This document shows positions 26,238-38,224 of a DNA stretch of 64,000 bases, in pieces. The notes beneath the pieces were generated by a model, which was not told the DNA's origin, did no database searches, and saw only the letters and a list, made by a program, of their open reading frames with translations. Origin of the DNA: Malacoraja senta (taxonomy: Eukaryota); NCBI GenBank assembly GCA_038087875.1, contig JAXLNO010000438.1, forward strand, positions 310,001 through 374,000. Direction: 5' to 3'. A program made the position numbers and the translations under genes. The stretch's first letter is position 1. Every line of letters begins with the position of its first letter.

Positions 26238-28721
26238 AAAAAATTAAATTCCTTACACATCATGTGTCTAAAATGCATCAGGGCTGTGCCTAATATAGAG
26301 AATGGATGGTTTGAAACTTTACATTTTATTCATAAAGAAGTTCTAAAAGGAGAAGGAGATACAAAATGTTTTTGGAAAAAAAAACTGCTGGTGGAACTCA
26401 GGCAATAACTGTTGAAGGATAAGGACCGATGATGTTTCAGATTGTGACCTTTCCTCAAGATTGTGAATTGAATACAAATACAGTCCATTTTAAAGGACGT
26501 TCACTCAAAGTCAACTGAGGGACATGCAGGCAGACTCTGTCTTGAAGATAATGCTGACTGGCACACTCCAAATTGCATGCTGAGGAATGAACTGAAGCTT
26601 GGTGAATATTCTGCATTTGACCGAAAGGGAAGATTTATGTCTAAGAAATATCCTTTGGTATGTTCAGGGTGAAATAAACGAAATCAAAAAGATTAGGGTC
26701 TGCAGCCATGATATCCTTAAACTCAAATTCCTATAATTTGGATAACATTATTTAACATTGAAGGATTTTTCCCCAGATGATTTAGAAATACTTCAACTCC
26801 GCAGATTCCAAGATATGCAACTGTTGGTTCAGTTCCTTGCAATGAACACAGGTCTATCACTAAACACTGCCTATGCTATATCCTTCATCTGCCATTTATA
26901 AAATGTATTTCTTAAGGAGGATTAGTTGGGCAGGCATAGAAAAACACATACAGAGCACACATAGTCCGTGGGCCAGAGGGGCCTATCTTGCACCCCCACT
27001 ATGATCCTACTTCTTGTCATTTTGTTCATCGGTATCTCTTCTGCCGGAAAAATTATGTTCCCAAGAAAAAAAACCAATTTGGACTATGTTTGCTTAACCC
27101 CTTATTTCAATCTATGTCAGAATTGTGTTTTTTCACACTTTGCCCTCTTTCTTGTGGCCCTCTTCCGTCATCCTATGTCAACCGGAAAGCAAATCCAGAT
27201 TTTCGTGTGCAGCACTGGAAGCATGGTGATGGGGATGAAGCATTCAAACAGTATACAAGAAAAGATCTGGCATGGATGCATTCCCGGAAAGCGAGTAGTG
27301 AGAAAGGTCAAGAGCTTCCAGCTTGGGCTGGATTTGTCTCAGCAACAGGTGAGGTGCCTTCAAATGTGACCACAATTGACTACTATCCTGTGATCAATCA
27401 TCCCATCACGGAATTTAGTACAGTTCAAGAGTGTTCACGAGCTTCTGAAGAAGCAAGTCATGAGGTTGGCCAAGAATGTGTCATTACAGCATTCGACTTG
27501 GGTGTCTGCATGAAGGTATATCCTCTCGTGTGGAGTCATCCTGCAAAGTACAAGAAACACTTTGTGTTGATTGACACATTTCATGTCATTTGTGCATACT
27601 TCAAAATGCTTGGAAAGAAAATGGAAGGATTCGGACTTCAGGATGTCCTCATGGAATCGGGACTCATGTCTACTGGTTCTATGAAAGGTGTTATGACAGG
27701 AAAGAACTACGACAGAAGTCTGCACTGCCACAAAGACGATGGTGGAGTGCTTGGAGAGGCACCTTCTTGATGAATTCCTGTCTATGGCTGGAAAAGATGC
27801 AGTGCTGTCGGGTATATCAAAGGAATCAAAGGGCATCTTTCAAAAGCTAATCCGATCGCCAACAAAGCAGGCACTTGATGAAGTCATGGCCAATGCAGAT
27901 CTCAACACATTAATGGAGTCGTATGAGAGCTTCAAAGCTGATGTTCGAAAAGGATCTCTCGGGAAGACTGCACAATTTTAGCTGTCGTACATGGATTCTG
28001 TGTGGATTGCTCTCTCATTTGGTCTGTGAAAGAGAACAACAGTTGTACTTGCACTGTCTGTTTCTTATGTCCGATCTCTTCTTCACCTTTGGTAGTCACA
28101 ATTATTCCCGCTATCTGACCTATCTTGCTGTGTTCTTGGCAAACATCGACGAATCACATTTCAAAGGAGGTGCTATCAGTGTCGCTAGGTCGTTCATACC
28201 AGGAACCCGATGTGCTGTTGACAAAACGATTGGCGAGACGATCATGAAGCATGGTAAATCTTGAGGTGGTGGTAGTGGTGTTGGGCTCTCTGGCATCTTG
28301 GAGAATCACAGTGCTTATCAGAGATGGGTTCAAACTTCAACAGAAAGGGCACACTTTCTCTCTGCAACTCGCAGCCTCGCAGACATGACTTCTGGTACCA
28401 ATCGCGGAAGCAAACACAGAGATCAACAACCAACTGAGATAAGGAAAAGTGAGGCATGTGTAAAGAAAGCCATTGATGCTGCAAAGAGCTTCCTGAATCC
28501 TTTTGACGTTGATGACAAGACTGGGTTGTATGTACTCTCTTCTGGTGCACGTGTTCCGGCTGAAATTGAGAACTATATCATAAAGGTACTTACCACAGGG
28601 AAAGAAGAGAAAGAGAAGTTCATCAGAGAGCGACGAGAAAAAGACAGCATTCTCCAAACCCATCAAGAATCTGAAGCTCAAAACCATAGCAGAAACAAAG
28701 AAAAGAGTGAAGCTGAAAACA

Positions 28722-29228
28722 GCTGCGGCCTCCGGTGAGGAATGCGGCCGTTCCAGGTGGCCCAGCCGCTGTGAGGACTCTCCCGACGCCGGGGCAACAT
28801 CACCCGGTGAGAACGGCCAGGAACATCGGGCCTCCTCAGAGGCAATAGCGGAGGCCTCAATAGGCCTGACTTTGGGTGAACTGGGGTCGGGGACTGGACA
28901 TTGTGCCTTCCCCCACAGTGGTAATCATTGTGGGGGGATGATTTTTGTGTGTTGTGTCTATGTTATTCTGTGTCCAAGATGGCGGTTGGAGGGGAGAGTG
29001 GACGCTGGCGTGGTTTAGCTGCCGCTGCCTCTGCTCTCTCCTCACATTGTGTTTCTGATTTTCTGTTTTTGTGTCTTTGGATTGAATTCTGTCTTTCATT
29101 TGTGTATTGGTGATGTCTTTATAACTTATTTTACCCCAACTATTTGTTTCTTTGTTAAACTCTGTAAGGTGTCCTTGAGACTTTTGTATAGGCTCCCACA
29201 AATAAAATTTATTATTATTATTATTATT
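28722..29228 (+). mobile_element. Non-autonomous retroposon with (ATT)n tail nested in Academ
   Basis: Interrupts the Academ coding sequence at KLKT; ends aaataaaatttattattatt; possible ACA TSD. Confidence 0.7.
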
Positions 29229-30214
29229 ACAAGCAACAAGGATATATTGCTTTTCAACTGATGGTCAAAGCACAAAGTTCTGGCAGTCAACTCAATCTAC
29301 GGGAGATTATGAAGTACTCTCTCACCTCTGTACCCTACTCCATTGGTACATCAGACAACTTATTTGCAAAGACTGATAAATCCAAGGGCCTACACTACCT
29401 ATTGAATGATGTAGACAACTCACAACCACCTGCCAGTAACAAGACATTGATAGTGGAAGATGGCAATGCCACATTCTACTATCTCAAAGGGATTCCTGCT
29501 AACTTCAAAGAGATTGGCATCAAAATCTTCAATGCATTGTCATCTAGTGATGTAGTCATCAGTACCGATATGTACAAACCAGATTCACTGAAGTCAAGTG
29601 AACGGACACGGTGTGGGTGTGCGGAGAAGAGAATAATCAAAGGAGGAAAGACCAAAAAACCAAGAGATTGGAAGCAGTTCTTGACCAATGATGAGAACAA
29701 GAAACAGCTCATTGAACTTCTTATTGATGCGTGGAGTGAGCATGACATGGCAAAGAGGCTACATGGAAGGAAGGTGATCTTCATTAAGGAAGGAGAGGCC
29801 ACACATCTTACTTCTCAGAATGGGAAAGAGACACTGCAGTCTGAGATTCAATCCCTGAAGTCCAAGAAGAAACAGACTCGCGAGTCATCCTATACTGCAA
29901 CTACGGCAAAGAGCAAGGATATGACCACGTACAAGTCAAAATCCCAGACAGCGATACCTTTTTCACATTGCTTCACTATGCAAACAGCATTCAAGACACC
30001 ACAGTGTTATTTGACACAGGGAGAGGCAACAGGCAAAGGCTAACAGATGTCACTCATTTTGCAAAGCAGTCCTCCTCAGAATACTGCTCAGCATTACTTG
30101 GACTGCATGCGTTCTCAGGCTGTGACTTAACAAGTGCCTTAAAAGGAATCGGCAAAGTCAAGCCAATCAAACGGATGCAACGTAACAAATTTGTGAAACC
30201 TCTGGCAGAGCTTG

Positions 30215-30613
30215 TTTTTTTTTTTTTAATATTTTAATTTTATTAGAAGTACAATTGTATACAATCATATTTTCATAATACCTTTTATGTACAGCTTCTT
30301 ATTTTTAAAAGTTTTTGTAATAAAGAAGAAAAAGAAAAAAGTTAGATAATGAAAAATAGAAAAATGTGAGATATATAGTGTGTGAAAAAGAAAAATAGAG
30401 TGAAAAAAGAAAGTTGAGACAGAAAATAGAAGAAAGAGAGTAAAAGAAGAAAAGAGAAGAAAAGAAAATAGAAGTAAGGAGATCTTTCATAATCTTGACC
30501 ATCCCCAGTCACGGATTAGCTTTTACAACTGTGTTGAACCATATGTTTCCAAAAAGACGACAAATGGAGACCAACTCATTATGAATTGGTCAAATTTATC
30601 TATTAGGAGGAAT
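30215..30613 (-). mobile_element. 5'-truncated L1-type LINE nested in Academ
   Basis: Poly(T) at left; TSD GAGCTTG at 30208-30214 and 30614-30620; reverse complement reads DKFDQFIMSWSPFVVFL, like fish L1 ORF2 C-termini. Confidence 0.78.
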
Positions 30614-30956
30614 GAGCTTGGTGATTTTCATAGAGTTGATGATGATATGGTCCTAATTTAGTGGATTTTTATGTATCTTTACTAAGAAACAGACTCAATT
30701 GCAAGTACCAAATTTTACAAGAGGGCAAAGTGTGAAAAAAACACAATTTTGGCATATATTGAAATATGGGTTAAAAAAACATAGTCCAAATGAGTTTTTT
30801 TCTTGGGAACATCATTTTTCCGACAGAAGAGATACCAATGAACAAAATGACACCCAAGAAGTAGGATCATGGGGAGGGGGGGGGGGGGGGGGTAGGGTGC
30901 ACGGTAGGCCTCTCTGGCCCACAGACTAACAGGGATCATTAGTAGGATTATATGTC

Positions 30957-32547
30957 CAGTGCCCTCCATAATGTTTGTGACAAAGACCCATCATTTATTT
31001 ATTTACTTCTGTACTCCACAATATGAGATTTGTAATAGAAAGTGCACATTTTCAGATTGTAATCAAGGCCATTGTTATACGTTTTGGCTTCACCATGTAG
31101 AAATTACAGCAGTGTTTATACATAGTCCTCCCATTTCAGGACACCATAATGTTTGAGACACAGCAATGTCATGTAAATGAAAATAGTCATGTTTAGTATT
31201 TTGTTGCATATCCTTTACATGCAATGACTGCTCGAAGTCTGCGATTCATGGACATCACCAGTTGCTGGGTGTCATCTCTGGTGATGCTCTGCCAGGCCTG
31301 TATTGCAGCCATTTATAGCTAATGCTTGTTTTGGGGGCTAGTCCCCTTCAGTTTTCTCTTCAGCCTATAAAAGTCATGTTCAATTGGGTTCAGATCGGGT
31401 GATTGACTTGGCCACTCAAGAATTGACCATTTTTTTAAGCTTTGAAAAACTCCTTTGTTGCTTTAGCAGTATGTTTGAGATCATTGTCTTGCTGTAGAAT
31501 GAACTGTTGATCCAATGCATTTTGAGGCATTTGTTTGAACTTGAGCAGATACGATGTGTCTATACACTTCAGAATTCATTGTGCTACTACCATCAGTAGT
31601 TGTATCATCAGTAGTTGTATCATAAGTGAGCCAGTACCTTCAGCAGCCATACATGCCCAGGCCAAAACACCCCTACCACCGTGTTTCACAGATCAGGTGG
31701 TATGCTTTGGATCTTGGGCAGTTTCTTCTCTCCTCCATACTTTGCTCTTGCCATCACTCTGATATAAGTTAATCTTCGTCTCATCTGTCCACAAGAACTG
31801 TGGTTGCTCTTTTAAATACTTCTTGGCAAACTGTAACCTGACCATCTTATTTTTGCGACTAACCAGTGGTTTGCATCTTGCAGTGTAGCCTCTGTATTTC
31901 TGTTCATGAAGTCTTCTGCGGACAGTGGTCATTGACAAATCAACACCTGAAGAGCGTTTCTGATCCGTCGAACAGGTGTTTGGGGATTTTTCTTTAATAT
32001 AGAGAGAATTCTTCTGACATCAGCTGTGGAGGTCTTCCTTGGCCTGCCAGTCCTTTTGTGATTAATAAGCTCACCAGTGCTCTCTTTCTTCTTAATAATG
32101 TTCCAAACAGTTGTTATTGGTAAGCCTAAGGTTTGGCTGATGTCTCTAACAGTTGTATTCTTGTTTCTCAGTCACATAATGGCTTTTTTGACTTTCATTG
32201 GCACCTTTGGTCCTCATGTTGATAAACAGCAATTCAAGTTTCCAATGGTGATGGACAGAATGGAGGAAAGACTAGGTGCTGGAGCTATCTTTTTCCTGCA
32301 TTAAGGAGGCAATTAAACACACCTGAGCAATTACAAAGACCTGTGAAGCCATGAGTTCCAAACATTATGGTGCCCTGAAATGGGGGCACTATGTAATAAC
32401 ATAAGCTGTAATTTCTACATGGTGAAACCAAAATGTAAAAAAATGGCCAACCACGTGATTTTTTAATATTACAAATATCAAATTGTGGAGCACAGATGCA
32501 AATAAATAAATGATGGCCCTTTGTTCCAAACATTATGGAGGGCACTG
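30957..32547 (-). mobile_element. Tc1-like transposon, full-length but degenerate, IR/DR type
   Basis: ~200-bp TIRs starting CAGTGCCCTCCATAATGTTTG with an inner repeat at ~31145; TA at right flank (TC at left); transposase remnant TVRRRL..ARCKPL..RLQFAK..WTDETKINL..VWR. Confidence 0.92.
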
Positions 32548-33769
32548 TATACTACAAGCCAGTGTTAATTTATGCTTCCTTCTAGACAAGCTCTTCAAGT
32601 ATAAATCTGCATCCTGCCACCTTTGTGACCTCAGCTATTAGGAAACTGCTGAGATGCACCAGACAGAGGAAGCACATAATGGCATAAGGCTTTTACTGAT
32701 GAATTTGAACCCAAAATATGACATTGCATTACACTAATTGTCTGGTCTGAGAGTGAAGCAGTGCATTGAATACAAATCCAGTCCATTTTAAATGACATTC
32801 GCTCAAAGTCATCTTAGGTGCGTCCTGGCAGACTCTTTATGCACAGCTGCAATTCTAGGTTTATCCACTTCTCAGGATTTGTCCTTTGCCGTTCCCTTTC
32901 TCAAATGTTGAAGACTTCATACACTTACGGGAATCAAAATTATGTATTGACGCTAAGCTGCAACATACTATTAGTGTTCCTCAAAGCAGCCAGAAGAGTA
33001 ACGAAGCAATCAATCTTAAAGTGATTATCCAGGGAAACTGCCAGCACAGCATACATACTAGCAAGAGCACAGACAGAGTAAACCTAATTTTAAAGATTCC
33101 TTGGGGGGACAAATTGGTAGAAGTCATGCAATGCATCTCGATGCAGAATTAACCCATGCCCATTTACTTTGGTGCAAACCAATCACAAAACGGTTACTGT
33201 GTAGGAATGAACTGCAGAGGCTGATTTAAACTGAAGATAGACACAAAAAGCTGGAGTAACTCAGTATCTCTGGAGAAAAGGAAGAGGTGACATTTTGGGC
33301 CGAAACCCTCCTTCAGACTGAGAGTCAGGGGAAAGGGAAACAAGAGATATAGAATAAATGAATTAATTATATGCAAAAAACTAACGATGATAAAAGGAAA
33401 CGGGCCATTGTCAGCTGTGGGCTGGGAGAAAACTGGTGCTGCCTGCACATTATCATGGATCAAGCCAGAATTAAATATGCTCTTTGAAATGCCAAAAAAA
33501 AATCCCTCAGATGCCAGAGATCTGAAATATAGGTGGAAAAAACAACAAAATATTTACCAGGTAGACACAAAATGCTGGAGTAACTCAGCGGGACAGGCAG
33601 CATCTCTGGAGAGAAGGAATGGGTGACGTTTCGGGTCAAGGCCCTTCTTTCCTACACAAAACATTTACCAGATTAGGTAGTATCTGTGGAATGAGAGACA
33701 GTCAGGTTACGAGCAATCACACTCCCACTTGCGTTGAAGACAAAGTACTGGCAGTTCAAAAAGGGCAGA

Positions 33770-34072
33770 ACAGTGACAGTGCAGTAGAGCTGCTGCCTTG
33801 CAGCGTCAGAGACCTGGGTTCAATCCTGACTGCTGGTGCTGTCTGTACCGAGTTTGTACGTTCTCCCTGTAACCACGTGGGTTTTATCCAGTTGCTCCGT
33901 TTTCCTCCCACACTCCAAAAACATACACGTTTATAGGTTAATTGACCTTGGCAAAAATTGTAAATTGTCCCCAGTGTGTAGGATGGTGTTAGTGTACGGA
34001 GTGATCACTGATCAACGCAGACTTGGTGGGCTGAAGGGCCGGTTTCTGCGCTCTATCCCTAAATGTCTAAAA
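33770..34072 (+). mobile_element. HE1-like V-SINE
   Basis: Family match. Confidence 0.82.
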
Positions 34073-35309
34073 GTAAAGTACTGGAGTAAGTCAGTGGGTC
34101 AGGCAATATCTCTGCAAGACATGGATAGGCAGTATTTCGGGTTGGGACTCTTCTCATTTGCTTCTCACTACAGGATCCTTTTCCTCTGGCAAGGGTTGAA
34201 CTTGCATGGTTGTAAGGTGCTGCAGTACGATACGATTCAATAAAACTTTATTTATCCCCGAAGGAAAATTGGTCTGCTGACAGTCACAACACACAAGGTA
34301 CACAAAAACATGAAATTAAAAGTGAAAACAAAAAGAAAATGACAAGCGACTGTTGGCTGGCTGCCATACACCGGGTCCCCCTTTGTTCTCCCACCGTCCC
34401 TCATGGCTGTCCCCCCACGCCGGGTCCACAATGTTCTTCATGGCGGTCCCCCCACGCCAGGTCCCCATTGTCTTCCCCATTGATCCACATATATGATCAC
34501 CAGGAAATAAAGGCCTTGCTTCATTGTCTAAGCCAATGTTCCCGCAGAACACTCTGCAGTTATTTATTACTGGCAGCATAGGACTCACTGTACACATTAT
34601 CCTCATCTCAACAGACCGCTCATTAAACCTAAGAGCCAGGTACTTAGTGACTTGAACTTGTTGTGTTTAATTTGATCTGGTGCTTCGAGCAGACGTTCGC
34701 ATTCATTCAGAATAAATGCTCATTATCTGTACGGTCGGGGGGTTTGGGGGGTAAAAAGCCCTTGAGATTACATGCACCCGAGTTCAAATGTAGACATCTG
34801 AAAATGAAACAGCCGTTTGCAATGGCACACAACACCGCTGGAGTTTCCAAACCCTTTGATTCTGTGCACATCATATTGCTAAGGAACAGTGGGGTAAATT
34901 CTGGTCATTTGGACAAAGATTCTCTGTGACATCCTTGATGCGGTGGCAGTACATTGCTAAAACAATGAATTGCTGCAGTTTTCCACTCTACCAAAAAAAA
35001 ATTCAGCTGCATAAATATTGCTGGCTATTTTGTTTTACTTTACCAGACCTACAGGTTTCATTTGTGGCCCTGTCACTGATATGGCATATTTCTTTTTAAA
35101 TACTTTTCCAAAGGAGAGTCCCTTGATGTGTTGCTTCGTAGTGAAGTGCCCAGAGAACTTCTCTCTAAACAACCTTGCTGTTTAGCCCCTTATATGGCCC
35201 CTTGCTGAACACCTTCGAAGTTGACTGTTCATTTATTCCGGTCATTCCCTTTATCCTGTGCCTGTACAGTGTGGACGGCTCGATTGTAATCATGTATACC
35301 CTTTCGCTG

Positions 35310-35915
35310 GACAGTGCTGCTCTCCTTGTGCACAAGTAAATAAAGCGTGTCTGGAAAATGAATGCAAGTTGCCAGAGTTCTGTTGATAGACAACGACTGT
35401 TTTCGTGGTCCCACCGAGCTGGCTAACTTTGGATTTGTTGTTGGAAATCGAGCCCCAACGACAGGTCAGTCGCGAGTCCACGGACGTTCATATTTGAGCA
35501 ATAGGAGTGAACCTGTAGCAATTCGCTGGAATGCAAATTTCTTTCTGTGTAGAATAATTGAAGTACGCCATCACTTTGGTTACCGAAGAGTGAGGGAGAG
35601 AGTAGCAATCGCAACGCCGAAGAGAGAAGAAATAGCAATTGCAACGGAAGTTTTGGAACCCCCGCTTAGGAACATGGTCCTGCCAGAGCCGCGGCAGTCA
35701 GAGGTTCGAGTCCTCGACTGGGTACCTGTGGACTGGGTCCCACAAACAGAATTGTGGAGAGCTGTGACAGTCGGAGGTTCGACCCCTGACTAGGTACCCA
35801 GGGCCAGGTCCCATGAACAACATAGGAAGGAGGACCATTGTGGATAAGAGTGGGAATTTTATGCGCAAGTATGAATGAATGCAAGTTGTTAGAGCTCAGT
35901 TGATCAGCGACAACA
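35310..35915. mobile_element. Unclassified 606-bp insertion splitting a LINE 3' end
   Basis: The flanks rejoin into the repeat seen intact (reverse) at 11010-11130; GCTG present on both sides. Confidence 0.55.
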
Positions 35916-38224
35916 GCTGACTGGTTAGCATGCAACAAAAAAGCTTTTCACTGTATTTCGGTACACGTGATAATAAACTAAACTGAAAACTTCCTCCTTC
36001 TTCACTTCAAGTAAATTGCTTTTCTCTCCTTTCATGCTGCACCTCTGGTGGAATAGTAACCAAACTGCAACTCCATCCCCCTTCCCCTCCAAATATCTGG
36101 GCACAACAGTCTATGCTGAAGCGATTAAAGCTCATTTTCCTGTCACATTACTCTCTGCAGACGTCACAAATTGTCCCAAGGTTTTCAAATACAACACAGT
36201 ACATCAGCTCAACCAATATGCATTAAATAAATCAACAGCCAACCTGCAAATAAATAATGTGTAGGGAGGAACTGCAGATGCTGGTTTAAACCGAAGAAAG
36301 ACACAAAATGCTGGAGTAACTCAGCGGGTCAGGCAACATCTTTGGAGAAGAGGAATAGGTGACGTTTTAGGTCATGACCCTTATCTATATGATCATCAAC
36401 AGCGTTATGGTGCAATTTGGCAGCATTCTGCACACAGGGCTATCCGAATGTGACTGCAGATGTGCTGTAAACATGAGCGTGTGGATGCCACACTGGACTG
36501 TGTATGAGCATCAACAGTGTTGAAACATCAGACACAACACAACCATATTTTTAGATAATTTTGCTTTATTACAGGCAAGTGAGACCAGCTTAGACACAAA
36601 AAGCGGGACAGGCAGAATCTCTGGGGAGAAGGAATGGTTTCAGGTCGAGACCCATCTCCAGACTGGTTAGGGAAGGTTTGGGAAACCAGCTTGGTTAGAC
36701 AACAGTGAGCATGGACAAAATGGGCCAAAAGGCCCAAGTTGTATAGCTCTGTGGCTCTAACAAAGTGTAATGATGCAAGATTAACTTCTGAATACCAAGA
36801 TATGGCAATAACAATTCAGCTGTTTTATTGAGTAATTGAAAACAAATATTAAGTTACCAATATTCTATCCCCCAATATAATTTAAAGTTATAGTACACAA
36901 CTGGTCAAAAGCAATTAATCACAGAGCTCAATTAAAGTTCTGTAAAAGATGAATTAAGACATGCTGCATGGTTAGGGACATCTATTTAGAAAGTGATGTT
37001 CTGCCCTGTTTAACATTAACAGAATCCTCAGTTTCTCAAAGATTTGTTGCATAACATTGAAACCACTGTTAGTTTGCAAGTAACACCAGATCAATTCCCT
37101 GTCTGATTTCACAGACAATTTAAGAGAAAAAATTAGCCTCACTCACAGTAAAAACATTATGGAACTATCCGTGGAAGGTATTTGGCTTCCAAAATTTGGT
37201 TCCATTAAAGCTGTAAAAAATCAAATTTCTGAAGTAAGGTGCTGAGTGCATACAAAGCTACAAGGCCTGTTAATTATGTTGGTGTCAGCAGCCTTCGCCC
37301 TGCTACTCCAGTACACGATAGCGAGAAAGATGGCACTGGCCATCACCCCCCACCTTATGTGTGTAAAGGTTCCTCCTTAGGTTCCCATTAAATCTTTCCC
37401 CTCTCACCTTCAACCTATGCACGAGTCCTTGATTCCTCTGTGAAATAGACCATGAGCATTCACTCTATCTCTGCCCCATGATTTTATGTAACTCTTTAAG
37501 ATTACAGCTCAGTCTCCTATGCTCCCAGGAACACACGTCCAACTTCTCTCTGTAGCTTGAATGCTGTCAACATCCTCTTCCTTTGTTAATCTCTGCAATC
37601 TTTCCAGTCCGCTGTCACTGGACTCAGCGATGGATCCAGTGATGGAGCAGGGGGTTCAAAATACAGGTCTCTGACCTACAACTCCCCTCTGTTCTCTGTG
37701 GTTCTGTGACAATAGAGGCTAGTTAAATATGCAGAGAACAAGCCACTTCTCCATTGACTCATCTCCAAGCTAGACATGTTAGTCATCTTATGGTGAGCCC
37801 TTTTTCATAATCAAAGTGAAGCTCAAAAATCCAATTAGATTGCAGAGTGTTGTGAATGGCCAGTTAGTGTAGATGTGGTTTGTCAGGTTAGTTGCGGGTT
37901 TGTTTCATCACGCACGCGTTACGTTTTCATCTTCACCCAGTTCCATTAGGTAAACCAAGCACTAATTTGTTAATGCCTGTGGCACTGATGATGTAAACAT
38001 TCCTCATTCAATAAAATCAATTTCACTATTTTCATGAGCAAAAAATGTCTCAGGATTTCAGCATCTGCAGTCTTATATGTCTCAACTTCATTACTTATTT
38101 TCTTTATCAGCAATCATTCAGAATTAAGAATAACTTACTTCCATTACAGTTTTACGTGATATATGGCGGCTAATGAGGCCAATGTAGAACCACAGACTCG
38201 CCATAGGCATGGCCATAGACATAG

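Larger units (their letters stand above)
26962..30928 (+). mobile_element. Academ (AcademX-type) DNA transposon, internally deleted and frameshifted
   Basis: ~190-bp imperfect TIRs (26962-27149 and 30719-30928) with TAG..CTA ends; 3-bp TSD ACA on both sides. ORF pieces carry the transposase motifs AFDL..FH..GK.YDRSLHCHK and NYSRYL, then XPG/FEN1-like motifs VEDGNA, TDMY...LKSSER and HAFSGCDLTSALKGIGK. Confidence 0.85.
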
